From Vulcanimicrobiota bacterium (GTDB lineage: Bacteria > Vulcanimicrobiota > Vulcanimicrobiia > Vulcanimicrobiales > Vulcanimicrobiaceae), in contig CAWGBN010000008.1 in the NCBI GenBank assembly GCA_963820825.1, forward strand, positions 224,001-288,000: DNA of 64,000 nucleotides, read 5' to 3'. The position numbers and the translations under genes are program-made. Under the pieces are notes generated by a model, which worked only from the letters and a program-made list of their open reading frames with translations, had not been told where the DNA came from and made no database searches. Below are positions 29,679 to 39,800 of this stretch, piece by piece. Positions within the stretch are counted from its first letter, which is position 1, and every line of letters begins with the position of its first letter.

Positions 29679-30807
29679 CGACTCTTCGGCGCCGGTGCGC
29701 CGCGTCATGATCACGGCCGCCGGTACCGTAACCGCACAATCGGTGATCAAAGCGCTGCGCGAGGACGGACGCGCGTCGTTCATTGCCGCGGCTGATATGA
29801 ATCCGGTCAATGCGACGCGCGCCTTCGTCGACGCGTTCGTCTCGCTTCCGCCCGCGGGCACTGCCGAGTTCGCGCTGCGCTGTCTCGAGGCGGCGCGCGA
29901 ACTAAAGATCGACCTGCTCGTGCCGCTCATCGTCGAGAGCGAGTTTCTCCCGCTCGACGACGCCCGCTCGCGCTTCGAGTCGATCGGGTGCCGGCTCGCG
30001 CTTCCGGCACGCGAGATCGTGCTGCGGACCGGCGACAAGTTGGCGTTCGCGAATTTTCTGCGCGAGATCGGCGTTCCGGGACCGGCGACGATGCCCTACT
30101 CGGCGTCGATCGCCGTCGAACGATTTCCGGTCTACCTGAAGCCGCAGCGCGGCTCCGGTTCGGTCGGAACCTCGCGCGTGGAGAGTGTCCACTCGCTGCA
30201 CGAGGCCGCGCGCGGACGCCGCGGCCTCATCGTGCAAGAGGCAATCGACGGCACCGAGTTCACCGTCGACTGCTTCGCCGCAAGCCCCGGACGCGTCGTC
30301 GCGGCCGTTCCGCGCGAGCGGATCGCGATCAAAGCCGGCGTCTCGGTCAAAGGACGAACCTATCGCCATCCACTTATCGAGAAGATCGCTCGCGAAATCG
30401 TCGAGAAGAGCGGGCTCACCGGACCCGCAAACGTCCAGGGAATGCTGCGCGCGGACGGCAGCTTCTCGATCATCGAGATGAATCCGCGCTTCTCGGGGAC
30501 GCTCGCCCTCACGACCGCGGCCGGCATCAATTTTGCCTCGCTGCTGATCGATACGATCGAAGGCAGACCGATACCGAATCTGCTCGGCCGTCACGAGGAC
30601 GGCCTCGTGATGATGCGCTATTGGAGCGAGGTCTTCGAGAGCCGCGACGGCGCCGTGCGCTTAGGCACGCCGCTGGAGGCGCTGCGCCACGACGATCCCC
30701 GCTTGCCGCCAAAACTCGAAGCCGAAGGCGGCGCTGACGAAGGGATGGTAGAGCCACTCGGCGCGGCGGTCGCGGACGAGTCCCACCACGGCGGCCGCGG
30801 CCGGTAA
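29668..30807 (+). CDS. ATP-grasp domain protein (carbamoyl-phosphate synthase-like, glycan-locus type)
   Basis: DK, KPQRGSGS, IVQEAIDGTEFTVD, IIEMNPRFSG. Confidence 0.88.
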   Translation: MPANDSSAPVRRVMITAAGTVTAQSVIKALREDGRASFIAAADMNPVNATRAFVDAFVSLPPAGTAEFALRCLEAARELKIDLLVPLIVESEFLPLDDARSRFESIGCRLALPAREIVLRTGDKLAFANFLREIGVPGPATMPYSASIAVERFPVYLKPQRGSGSVGTSRVESVHSLHEAARGRRGLIVQEAIDGTEFTVDCFAASPGRVVAAVPRERIAIKAGVSVKGRTYRHPLIEKIAREIVEKSGLTGPANVQGMLRADGSFSIIEMNPRFSGTLALTTAAGINFASLLIDTIEGRPIPNLLGRHEDGLVMMRYWSEVFESRDGAVRLGTPLEALRHDDPRLPPKLEAEGGADEGMVEPLGAAVADESHHGGRGR

Positions 30808-31653
30808 GGCAAAGCTGACCGAGTAGAACGGCCAGAGATAGGCGCGTATGCGCTGGGCCCGCCGCGAAGCGCGCATGCGATCCCAGACCGGATATCCCGA
30901 GTCGGTCATCCGCTCGCGGAAGCGAGGACCGAATTTGCGCAATGCGTCGCCGATACCGGCGACGGTGTGGTGCTCGAGCTGCGCGTCTTCCACGTAGGCA
31001 ATCTCGGCACCGTCGGCGAGAAGCATCTCTACGGGAGCGACGTCGTCCTCGTCCATCCCCGCGGGCTTACGATAGGGAAGGCGGATCGTGAATCCTTGCG
31101 CCAGCGCGACGAGCGGCCGCGGTCCCGACGCGAAGTCGTACACGACGTAATCGGCGGTGCGCCGTTTGACCCGATAGGTTCGATGGTACGACGCCGGCGA
31201 GGTGCCGGCGCCGTAGAGAAAGTGATTGAATGGGTCGCTGAAGGCATTGAAATATCGCGCGGTCCCGCCATCCGCGGAGGTGCTTACGAGAGCCGGAAAG
31301 ACCGCCCGAACGCTTGCATCGGAGAACGGGCGCGACATCGACTCCAGAAATCGCTCGCCGGCGAAGACGTTATCCGCCGCAAGCCACATCGCAACGTCGC
31401 CGGTCGCCTTCCCCAAGAGCATCGCGGCGCCGGGTTCGGCGCGACGAACCGGGTTGTGAAAGACGCGCGCACCGAAGGCCTCTGCGATCGCGACGGTATC
31501 GTCGGTCGATCCGCCGTCGGCAACGAGCAGCTCGATCTGCGAGGCCGGATACCGCTGACGCCGAATCGATTCGAGGATCGCCGGCAACCGCGCCGATTCG
31601 TTGAGCGTCGGGAGCATCAGCGAAAACCGTACCGGAAGCGCCTGGGCGCTCAC
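30661..31653 (-). CDS. Glycosyltransferase family 2
   Basis: LPTLNES, VADGGSTDDT N-terminal GT-A motifs; C-terminal TM segments. Confidence 0.85.
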   Translation of the reverse strand: MSAQALPVRFSLMLPTLNESARLPAILESIRRQRYPASQIELLVADGGSTDDTVAIAEAFGARVFHNPVRRAEPGAAMLLGKATGDVAMWLAADNVFAGERFLESMSRPFSDASVRAVFPALVSTSADGGTARYFNAFSDPFNHFLYGAGTSPASYHRTYRVKRRTADYVVYDFASGPRPLVALAQGFTIRLPYRKPAGMDEDDVAPVEMLLADGAEIAYVEDAQLEHHTVAGIGDALRKFGPRFRERMTDSGYPVWDRMRASRRAQRIRAYLWPFYSVSFALPAAAAVVGLVRDRRAEWLYHPFVSAAFGFEFWRQAGIVVAQRLQRRA

Positions 31654-32666
31654 ACCTCGACCTTCGCTCCGTCGCGCTCGGCCGAACGCAGAGCGGCCTC
31701 GATCACGCGCACGACCCCCGCGCCGAATGCGCCGTCCGAACGCGTCGGCGAATCGTCCACGATGGCGCGGGCAAAGTCGGCGACGAGCTTTCCGAGCGCT
31801 TCGCGATTGTCGACGAGCGGAACGTGCAGATCGCCTAAACGATACGAAACCATCTGCTGCTGCAGGGTCGAGCTCGTGGGATCGAGCACGACGCCTTTAT
31901 CGTAGACGTAGATCTTCTCGGTCGGCTCGACGTCGTCCCAGACCGCCATCTTACGGCTTGCGGAGATCACCGTTCGCCGAACCTTCACCGGCGAGAGCCA
32001 GCTCAGGTGCACGTGCGCGAGCGTGCCGCTGGGATACCACATCGTGAGAAACGCAACGTCCGGAACTAATGCGTGAACGCACGCGCCGAGCTGCAGCGCG
32101 ACCGAGGCGGGCAGTTCGTCGAGAATGTAGTTGATGATCGAGACGTCGTGCGGCGCCAGATCCCAAACCACGTTGCTCTCTTGAAAGAGCCCGAGATTCA
32201 CGCGTGTCGAGTCGACGTAGTAGATGTTCCCCAGCTCGCCCGAGTCGCGCAACGCGCGCAGCTTCTCGACCGAGCCGGTATAAAGAAAGGTATGATCGGT
32301 CATGAGGCGCACGCCGGCGCGGCGCGCACGCTCGCAGAGATCCTGGGCGTCGGCGAACGACTCGGCGATCGGCTTCTCCACCAGCACGTGCTTGCCGGCC
32401 TCGATCGCGCGCGCCGCGAGTTCGTGATGGGTGCGCGGCGGCGTGGCGAGCGCTACCGCATCGACGCTCGAATCGCCGAGCGCCGACTCGATCGACGCAT
32501 GACCGGCGACGGTCGGGTAGAGCCGTAAGAGCCGCTCGAGCCGCTCGCGATCGCGCTCCACGACGCAACGAACCGACCACTCTTCGGAGGCGTAGAAATT
32601 CCGAACCAGATTCGGTCCCCAGTAGCCGGCTCCAACGACCGCTATGCCAAGCGGCTTCTTCGCCAT
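31650..32666 (-). CDS. Gfo/Idh/MocA oxidoreductase (WlbA-like nucleotide-sugar dehydrogenase)
   Basis: GAGYWGPNLVRNF, KHVLVEKP, DHTFLY, WDLAPHD, SWLSPVKVR. Confidence 0.9.
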   Translation of the reverse strand: MAKKPLGIAVVGAGYWGPNLVRNFYASEEWSVRCVVERDRERLERLLRLYPTVAGHASIESALGDSSVDAVALATPPRTHHELAARAIEAGKHVLVEKPIAESFADAQDLCERARRAGVRLMTDHTFLYTGSVEKLRALRDSGELGNIYYVDSTRVNLGLFQESNVVWDLAPHDVSIINYILDELPASVALQLGACVHALVPDVAFLTMWYPSGTLAHVHLSWLSPVKVRRTVISASRKMAVWDDVEPTEKIYVYDKGVVLDPTSSTLQQQMVSYRLGDLHVPLVDNREALGKLVADFARAIVDDSPTRSDGAFGAGVVRVIEAALRSAERDGAKVEV

Positions 32667-32688
32667 GCGCGCGAGCCGAAAGAAGCGG

Positions 32689-33810
32689 CTAGGCGACGAC
32701 GAGCGGCTGCGCGCTCGCGAGCGCGTCGGCGACGAGATCGATCTGCTCGTCGGTGAGCTCGGGGAACATCGGAAGCGATAGGATCCGTTCGGCACCGCGT
32801 TCGGTCTGCGGGAATGCACCGCGCGCGAGCCCCAACTCGGCGTAGGCCGGCTGGAGATGAATCGGTATCGGATAGTGGATTCCGGTCGCAATTCCTCGCT
32901 CGCGCAATATCGCCGCGACGCGGTCGCGATGCTCGACTTCGATCACGTAGAGATGGTAGACGTGCGCCTCTCGTGCAAGGCTCGCCGGCGTCTTGATGCC
33001 GATCTTCGAAAGCCGCGCGTCGTAGGCAGCCGCGTGACGCCGTCTCGCCGCATTCCACTCGTCGAGGTGCCGCAGCTTTACGTCGAGCACCGCGGCCTGA
33101 ATCGAGTCGAGCCGGCAGTTGCCGCCTTTGATCAGGTGCTCGTACTTCTTGCGCTGTCCGAAATCGCGCAAAAGGCGAAGGCGATCGGCGAGCGTCGCGT
33201 CTGAAGTAACGACCGCACCGCCGTCACCGTAGGCGCCGAGATTCTTGCCGGGATAGAAGCTAAACGCGGCAACGTCGCCGAAGCTGCCGGCGCGACGGCC
33301 GTTCCAGCGCGCGCCGTGTGCCTGGCACGCGTCCTCGACGATATAGATGCCGTGGCGTCGGGCAAAGGCGACGATCGGCTCCATCGGCACGATCTGCCCG
33401 TAGAGGTGGACCGGCATGATCGCCTTCGTTCGCGGCGTCAGCGCGCCCTCGAGGAGCGCGGGATCGATTAAATAATTTGCGTCGACGTCGACCAGCACCG
33501 GCCGCGCACCGGCCGCGGAGACGGCGAGCGCCGATGCAATATACGTATTCGCCGGAACGATCACGTCGTCGCCGGAGCCGATGCCGAGCACCTCGAGCGC
33601 AAACTGTACCGCCGCAGTTCCCGACTCGACGCCGATGCAATGATCGACGCCGACGTACGCCGCAAAGTTCTCCTCGAAAGCGGCGACGTCGGGCCCGAGG
33701 ATGAAGCTCGCATCCTCCATCACCTGCGTGATGCGCGGAAGAATCTCGCCGCGCAGCGAGCGGAACTGCGCTTTTAAATCGACAAACGGAACGAGCGTCG
33801 TCATCGTCAC
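32689..33810 (-). CDS. DegT/DnrJ/EryC1/StrS sugar aminotransferase
   Basis: PFVDLKAQ, PVHLYGQ, EDACQAHG, FSFYPGKNLGAYGDGG, LSLPMFP. Confidence 0.95.
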   Translation of the reverse strand: MTMTTLVPFVDLKAQFRSLRGEILPRITQVMEDASFILGPDVAAFEENFAAYVGVDHCIGVESGTAAVQFALEVLGIGSGDDVIVPANTYIASALAVSAAGARPVLVDVDANYLIDPALLEGALTPRTKAIMPVHLYGQIVPMEPIVAFARRHGIYIVEDACQAHGARWNGRRAGSFGDVAAFSFYPGKNLGAYGDGGAVVTSDATLADRLRLLRDFGQRKKYEHLIKGGNCRLDSIQAAVLDVKLRHLDEWNAARRRHAAAYDARLSKIGIKTPASLAREAHVYHLYVIEVEHRDRVAAILRERGIATGIHYPIPIHLQPAYAELGLARGAFPQTERGAERILSLPMFPELTDEQIDLVADALASAQPLVVA

Positions 33811-36069
33811 TTACGGGCGCTTCGTCGGCGCGCGCACGAGCGCCTTCAGCAATGCGAGCGCGCAGAGAATAGCGACAAATTCGGCAATTGCTTGCGCGAC
33901 GGCACTCGCCTGCACGAGCAGTACCTTCTGCGGTGCCGCTCCAAGAAACCAACCGTTTATCGAGAGGTCGATGCGGACGTGGCGCAATAAACGCCCGCCC
34001 GCGAAGGCGAGCCAACCGGGATCGTAGCGTTCGTTGAACCGAAGGATCGGAGGCGTACGCCCCCTCCGATCGGTGGCCGCATCGACGACGTAGAGCCACG
34101 GAGCGATGCGGTGAAACGCGGGTGCGCGCGCGGGTGCGGCCGGCGCGTGCGGCGGCAGATGCGGGAGTTGCGGCGTCTGCGCGACGAGTTCGCAGAGTCC
34201 GCGGCATGCGACCGCGTCGACTCCGGAGGGGATCCATAGCCAGGTGAAGTCGCCGCCTCGTTGCGCGAGTATCCGTCCCCCTGCGGCTCGCAGCGATCCG
34301 CGCACGAATGCGAGCAGCCACGCATTCGACTCGACGCGCTGCGGCAGCGCCGACTGCGTCAGCGCACCGCCGATTGCTTGCGCGAGAGCGGGATACTCGG
34401 AGAATGCAAGTCGCGCGTCGATCCAGGCCGTGCGGGGATCGATCGAATCGCTCGGTGCGACGATCGGCGCAACGGCTGCGTAACCCCGAGCATCCCCGAA
34501 GAAGAGGTCGCAGGCATCGAGGCGATCCGCGAGCGACACGATCGGCAACGCCGAACACTCCGAGACGAGGGGAATCGCACCGCCGACGGATCGCACCGAC
34601 GAATCGCTGCGCGCCGGCAATCGCGGCGCGAGGGAGGTTGCCGCAAGTCCGATGCCGCCTTTCGCTTTCGAAACGAGCCAGGGCCGCGGTACGATCTCGC
34701 CGACGCCGAGCGCGCGCAGCGCCGCGACGTCATCGGATTGCTCGTAGCGCGCGAGCGCCATATCGACCGGATAGCTGGGAAAGTATTCGTTGAGGGTCGA
34801 GACGCCGCCGGGATAGTCGTGAACGTCCGGATCGGCTCCGCCGCCTGGACCGTCACGAAGTGCGAGCGGCTGAAATGCGGGGAGCAGCGCGACGCGCGTT
34901 AACGGCGGCGCGGCAATAGCCGGATGTGGATACGCGCCGGAGGCAACCCACAGATCGGCCGGCGGTCGAACGAGCCAGGTTACCGGCAGCGCAATGCCCG
35001 CAACCAGCGCGACGTACTCGAGCAGGCGCAGCCGCGCTGACGCAGCGCATGCGAGCAGCGCGATCAGCGCGGCGAAGACTCCCGCCAAATCGTAGAGCTC
35101 GCGAAAGACGCCGCTCTCGGGAACGTTGCGAACGGTCCACGCGTACGCCGCCGCGAGCGGCCCGTGCACGCCGAGCATAGCGACGTATACGAGCGTGGCT
35201 GCGACCGCGATCGGGATGACCGCACGCGAACGCCGCGCCACGACGATCCCGGTGACGGCAAGGGCGAGAACGGCCCCGACGCCGATCGACGCGGCGAGCC
35301 CGAGCCGGTCGGCGTAGCCGGGAAAGTAGCCGCCGAGCGAGAGCAGCGGCAGTGGCAGGACCGATTGATTCACCTGCCACTCCACGACGTACGGAATCCG
35401 TAAGAGCGTCGAACGTTCGGCGATTACTCCGACGATCGACGGCAGCGCGAAGATCGCGCCGAAGATCAACGGCTGCCACTTTCGCGTCGCGAAGGCAAAG
35501 AGCGCGAGCGCGAGCATCGCGAGTATGTAGAACTGAAGCTGCGCTTCGATCAACCCGACCCAAAGTGCGAGACGCACGCACGAGGCTTCGCGGCCGCGCA
35601 ACATTTCGGCGCAGAGGCCGATGAGCGCCGCATATGCCAACACCATCACGAGGTGCCCGGCGACGACTTCGTTGTAGACCCACGGATTGAAGAGCGTGAA
35701 GCAGCCGACGCCGATCGCGGCGAGCGTACCAGCGCCGAAGTAGCTCGCCGCCGCGGCAACGGTACGCATGCACGCGTATCCAATAACCGCGGCGAGCAGT
35801 GCGAGCGCGACGAGCGGTCCGAAGAGCCACATCGCCGCCGCAAGCGGTGGGCCGATGAGATAGGCCGTCGGATGCGGGTTCGGCGTTCCAAAGCCGGTGG
35901 AGAGCCAGCCGTCGATCGCGTCGCTGAGAAACGAGCCGATCGCGCTGCGATCGATCGGCCAGGCCCAGTCGTGCCGGAGTGTTGGAACTCCCTTCGCGAC
36001 GACGAAGGCCGCGAAGATCGCGGCGGCCGCAACCGAAGAGAGGCGGGCTAAGAGCGCAATCGCCGGCAT
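33811..36069 (-). CDS. Large polytopic membrane protein, GT-C/AftD-like
   Basis: N-terminal TM then HDWAWP; LFNPWVY; about 12 TM; periplasmic domain; C-terminal FNERYDPGW...NGW and a final TM, the same architecture as 36824-40690. Confidence 0.65.
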   Translation of the reverse strand: MPAIALLARLSSVAAAAIFAAFVVAKGVPTLRHDWAWPIDRSAIGSFLSDAIDGWLSTGFGTPNPHPTAYLIGPPLAAAMWLFGPLVALALLAAVIGYACMRTVAAAASYFGAGTLAAIGVGCFTLFNPWVYNEVVAGHLVMVLAYAALIGLCAEMLRGREASCVRLALWVGLIEAQLQFYILAMLALALFAFATRKWQPLIFGAIFALPSIVGVIAERSTLLRIPYVVEWQVNQSVLPLPLLSLGGYFPGYADRLGLAASIGVGAVLALAVTGIVVARRSRAVIPIAVAATLVYVAMLGVHGPLAAAYAWTVRNVPESGVFRELYDLAGVFAALIALLACAASARLRLLEYVALVAGIALPVTWLVRPPADLWVASGAYPHPAIAAPPLTRVALLPAFQPLALRDGPGGGADPDVHDYPGGVSTLNEYFPSYPVDMALARYEQSDDVAALRALGVGEIVPRPWLVSKAKGGIGLAATSLAPRLPARSDSSVRSVGGAIPLVSECSALPIVSLADRLDACDLFFGDARGYAAVAPIVAPSDSIDPRTAWIDARLAFSEYPALAQAIGGALTQSALPQRVESNAWLLAFVRGSLRAAGGRILAQRGGDFTWLWIPSGVDAVACRGLCELVAQTPQLPHLPPHAPAAPARAPAFHRIAPWLYVVDAATDRRGRTPPILRFNERYDPGWLAFAGGRLLRHVRIDLSINGWFLGAAPQKVLLVQASAVAQAIAEFVAILCALALLKALVRAPTKRP

Positions 36070-36824
36070 TCGATGGCGATGCCGACCGCGGCGCCGAGCG
36101 CCGCCGCGTAGGCCGCAACGGCAAACGGCTCCGAGAACGGCGCCGGAACGAGACTCGCGCAGATCATCGCGGCAACCGCCGTCAACGCCGCCAGCAGCGT
36201 TCCCCGATCGTGCAGTGCCGTTACGCGCAGCCAAACCGCACGCATCCAATCCCCGGTACTCGTCGGAACGAGCAACGAAGCCGCGATAAAGAGCGCGGCG
36301 AAGAGCATCAGCCGATAGACGGCCCAAACGAGGATCTCGGCGACGTCGCCACCGGCGACCGCTGCGAGACCTAATGCGGCCACCGCAACCAGCGCCGCAT
36401 ATCGCGACGCTCCGACGAGCGGACCGCCGCGCAAGAGCACGGAGTGCAGCGAGGCAAATGCGCCGGAGCGGGTGAGCACCGCGGTGCCGACGGCGATGAA
36501 GCAGAGCAGGATCGTCAGCGCTTCGGCGCCAGGCTGCGAGACGAGCGCGGCGACGATGCTCACGAAAATCACGATGCCGGTCGCGTAGGCCAGGAACGTC
36601 GGAAACGGCGGTGCCGCCACTGCAGGACTCTCCGCCGGCGCTTCGGGAGCGATGCGCAACGCGATCAACGCAATCGCCGCAACGATCGCCGCGAGATAGG
36701 CGGTCGTTGCAAAGCGTTCCGCGGCCTCGCCCGAGAGCGTCGTGGCGAGAATTAGCGCGACGACGCACGTGCCGATCGCAAACCGAACGGCGCGCCCAAG
36801 CGCCCATCGTGCAGCAGAGTTCAT
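36048..36824 (-). CDS. Hypothetical polytopic membrane protein
   Basis: About 8 hydrophobic segments with an internally repeated ERFATTAY / EPFAVAAY motif; coupled to neighbours. Confidence 0.7.
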   Translation of the reverse strand: MNSAARWALGRAVRFAIGTCVVALILATTLSGEAAERFATTAYLAAIVAAIALIALRIAPEAPAESPAVAAPPFPTFLAYATGIVIFVSIVAALVSQPGAEALTILLCFIAVGTAVLTRSGAFASLHSVLLRGGPLVGASRYAALVAVAALGLAAVAGGDVAEILVWAVYRLMLFAALFIAASLLVPTSTGDWMRAVWLRVTALHDRGTLLAALTAVAAMICASLVPAPFSEPFAVAAYAAALGAAVGIAIECRRLRS

Positions 36825-39800
36825 CACGGTTTGCCCGAGTCGATCGGCCAAAGCTCGGGCGCCCAGGCGAGTACGATCATGATGAGCAGCGCGATCACCG
36901 AGATGGCGCCCGAGATCAAGTAATACGCCTGTCCCGCGAAGGTGAGAGCGATTTGGCCGCCCGACGGAAGGCTCGGCACGATCCAGCCGTTGGCGACGCC
37001 GTTCACGACGACGTGCGGTAAGACCACTCCGTCGAGCGTTGCCTTCCACTCGGGATGGAACGCTTCGTTGAATACGAGCAGGAACGGATTGGCGCCATTC
37101 CTCGCGGTAACGTCGACGCTGGTCGCCGATTTGCGGTGCCACACGAGCGGGAAGTCCTGCGTGCGCGCCAGATTGACGGGTTCGAGCGTCAGCAGTCCGA
37201 TCTTAACTTGCCGGTCGCCGCTGGCGATGCGATGGCGCCCGCGGGCGAGGAAGACCGGCGCTCTGCCGACGACTCGGCCGTCGACGAAAAGCGGCAGGTT
37301 CTCGAGCGAGGCCGGCCGGTGCAGGTTCTGCGCCGGCATCGCGTGCACCGTGTAATAGACGCCGCTGAAACGCGCGCGAGCCGATGTAGCGACGAGCCAG
37401 ATTCCGGCGACGCGCTGCGACGCGTCGCTCCAATCGTTCGGAAACGCGTGCATGAAGTGGATATCGAACGAACCGTCGCGCGCGATTGGGAAGAGGCGGT
37501 ACTGCGCGCGTCCGTTGCCCGCGAGCGCGACGGCAAGCGCCGCGCCGAGACTCCCCGTGTTCGCCGCATTGCCGATAATCTCCGGATCGGTAATGACGCC
37601 GTCGTGCGGAAGGCCGACGGCGAACGCGGTCAACGATTTACCGGCGTTGGGCGATCCGTGCGCGGCCCGCGCGCCGATTCGCGTAAACTCGAGATCCGGT
37701 GCGACCGCTGCCGCGATCACGTCGGCTCCGAGGTCGGCACGTTCGCCGCCATTCGGACGAAAAGCGAAGGCGACGTCGTTCCAGCCGGGACGTAAGTCGA
37801 GCGGGAAGCGAATCTCCACCGGAGCCGGACCGTCGAGCCGCCCGATCGTATCGTAGGCTTGGCCGTCGGCAGCGGGGCCGGGGACCTGCACGCGCTGCGG
37901 CGATCCGCCGTTGACGGTCACGGTCATCGTGTCGGCAACTTGCAAACGGCTTATTCGCATCGAGACCTGCGCGCGAGCGCCGCTGCTTCCCGGTACGAAG
38001 ACGCGCAATGCAGCGTGACGCGAGAAGAGAAACCACGAGATCGGATCGCCGCGCTGCCATTGGTAAACCGTTGGGTCGTCGCGATACCACTGCGTGGGCA
38101 TCATCAACTCCGACGTGCCGGCGATGCCGCTTCCCAAAACGTACGGCAGGTTCGTTGCGAGATTGCCGGCAAAGGCGCCGGCGACCCGGCGTACCTCGGT
38201 GCGAACGAGACCGTCCGGACCGAACGGTCCAACGGCCGTCGCTCGGATGCGATACCTACCCGGCGCGCCGATCGTGACGCCGGCTTGGCGTGCGTAGACC
38301 AGACTCGCCGTGGCGAGGTTCTTCGGCAGCGCGCGCGTCAGCGCGCCGATGCGGCTCTCCCACGCCCGCAGATCGTCGGTGGCGACGATGGCGACGACGA
38401 GGTCCGGATCGAGATACCCGTCGGAGACCCAGTGCTTCCCCTGCGTCAGCGCGACGTTGCCGTAACTGGCCCACGCGCCACCTGAAGACTTCGCCGAGAG
38501 GTATTTTCCGTCGACGACGAGCGTCTGCGGAGCCGGGCGGCTGAACAGCAGCGATTGATCGAGTGCAAAGATCGAATAGTCGCCGGTCGCCTTGACGTCG
38601 AAGTGCGTAAGCCAGGCCGCATCCGCCGAGGGCGGATGGACGCGAATGCCGTGCGTCAGCGCCTGCTTGACGGCGAGGTCGCGAATCTGTTCGCTGGAAC
38701 CCGGCAGGATCGGCGAGAGCGACTCCATCGACGTCGAGAACTCGTCTGCCGAACGCGATGGTGGATCGAACTGCGCCCGGCCTTTTGCCATTCCTTCGAC
38801 GTCGCCGAGGTATCCGTCGGAGAAGAGCGGCAGGGTGCTGATCACGGGATGGGCCACGCCGTAGATCAGCGGTAAAGCACCGCCGAGATGGTAGACGCGC
38901 AACGGGCCGTCAGCGCGTACGGGCGCGGCGCCTACGATGCGGTGCAGCAGATCGTGGGTGAGCGTCGTGCTGTTGAAGCGCCATTCACCGGGCGAACTAA
39001 AATCGATCGCCGGAATGAAGTCGTCGCGCTGAAGGATCGTATCGACTCCCATGACGCGATACATGTCGGCCGAGAACGGCAAGCCTTCGCGGGTTGCCCG
39101 ATAGGCGCGGCGCACCCACATGTCGGTCCCCTCCGACGGTTCGCTGCCGAGCAATCCGTAAATCAGCGGGCGGTTTATCAGCGAGTCCTCGATGTAGAAC
39201 TGCGGGTTTCCCCAATCGAACTGCTCGAGAAACTGCGTCGGGAAGAGCGCGACGCGCTGGCGTTGACCGGAGCCGACGAGCGCGCTCTCGCGATACTCCC
39301 ATGCCGGAAGCGGCTCTCCGGGATAGTTCATCTTGGAGACGATCACCGGGATGAAGATGAGAATCGGCAGCGCGATGACCGCGGTCCTCGCCGCCGATAC
39401 CAGCCACGCACGCCTGCGCCGTTCCGCGGCGGCGAGCTTGCCGATCTGCTCGCGCAAGGCGGCGATCAGCGCGTTGGCACCGAGCGCGTAGAGTCCGCAA
39501 ATCCCGAACTCGACGCCGGCGACCCACTTGTACGAGAAGCGGAACATTTGGAAGCCGGGGAAGTTGCGGTAGAACTGGTCGTAGAGGGGCGTGGTCACCG
39601 CATCGCCGAGCTGGTCGTGATAGTAGCCGACCACGATCGGAACCGAGACGAGTGTGACGATCAAAAAGAAGAGCGTCGCAGGGCGCTGATTGCGCCGGAA
39701 GGCGACGCCGCCGAACGCAACGATGGGAACGAACCAGAGCAGCGCGCCGAAGAGCCCCGATGCGTACGCCGCGGCCCACGGGAAGTACGCCCGTCCGGCA

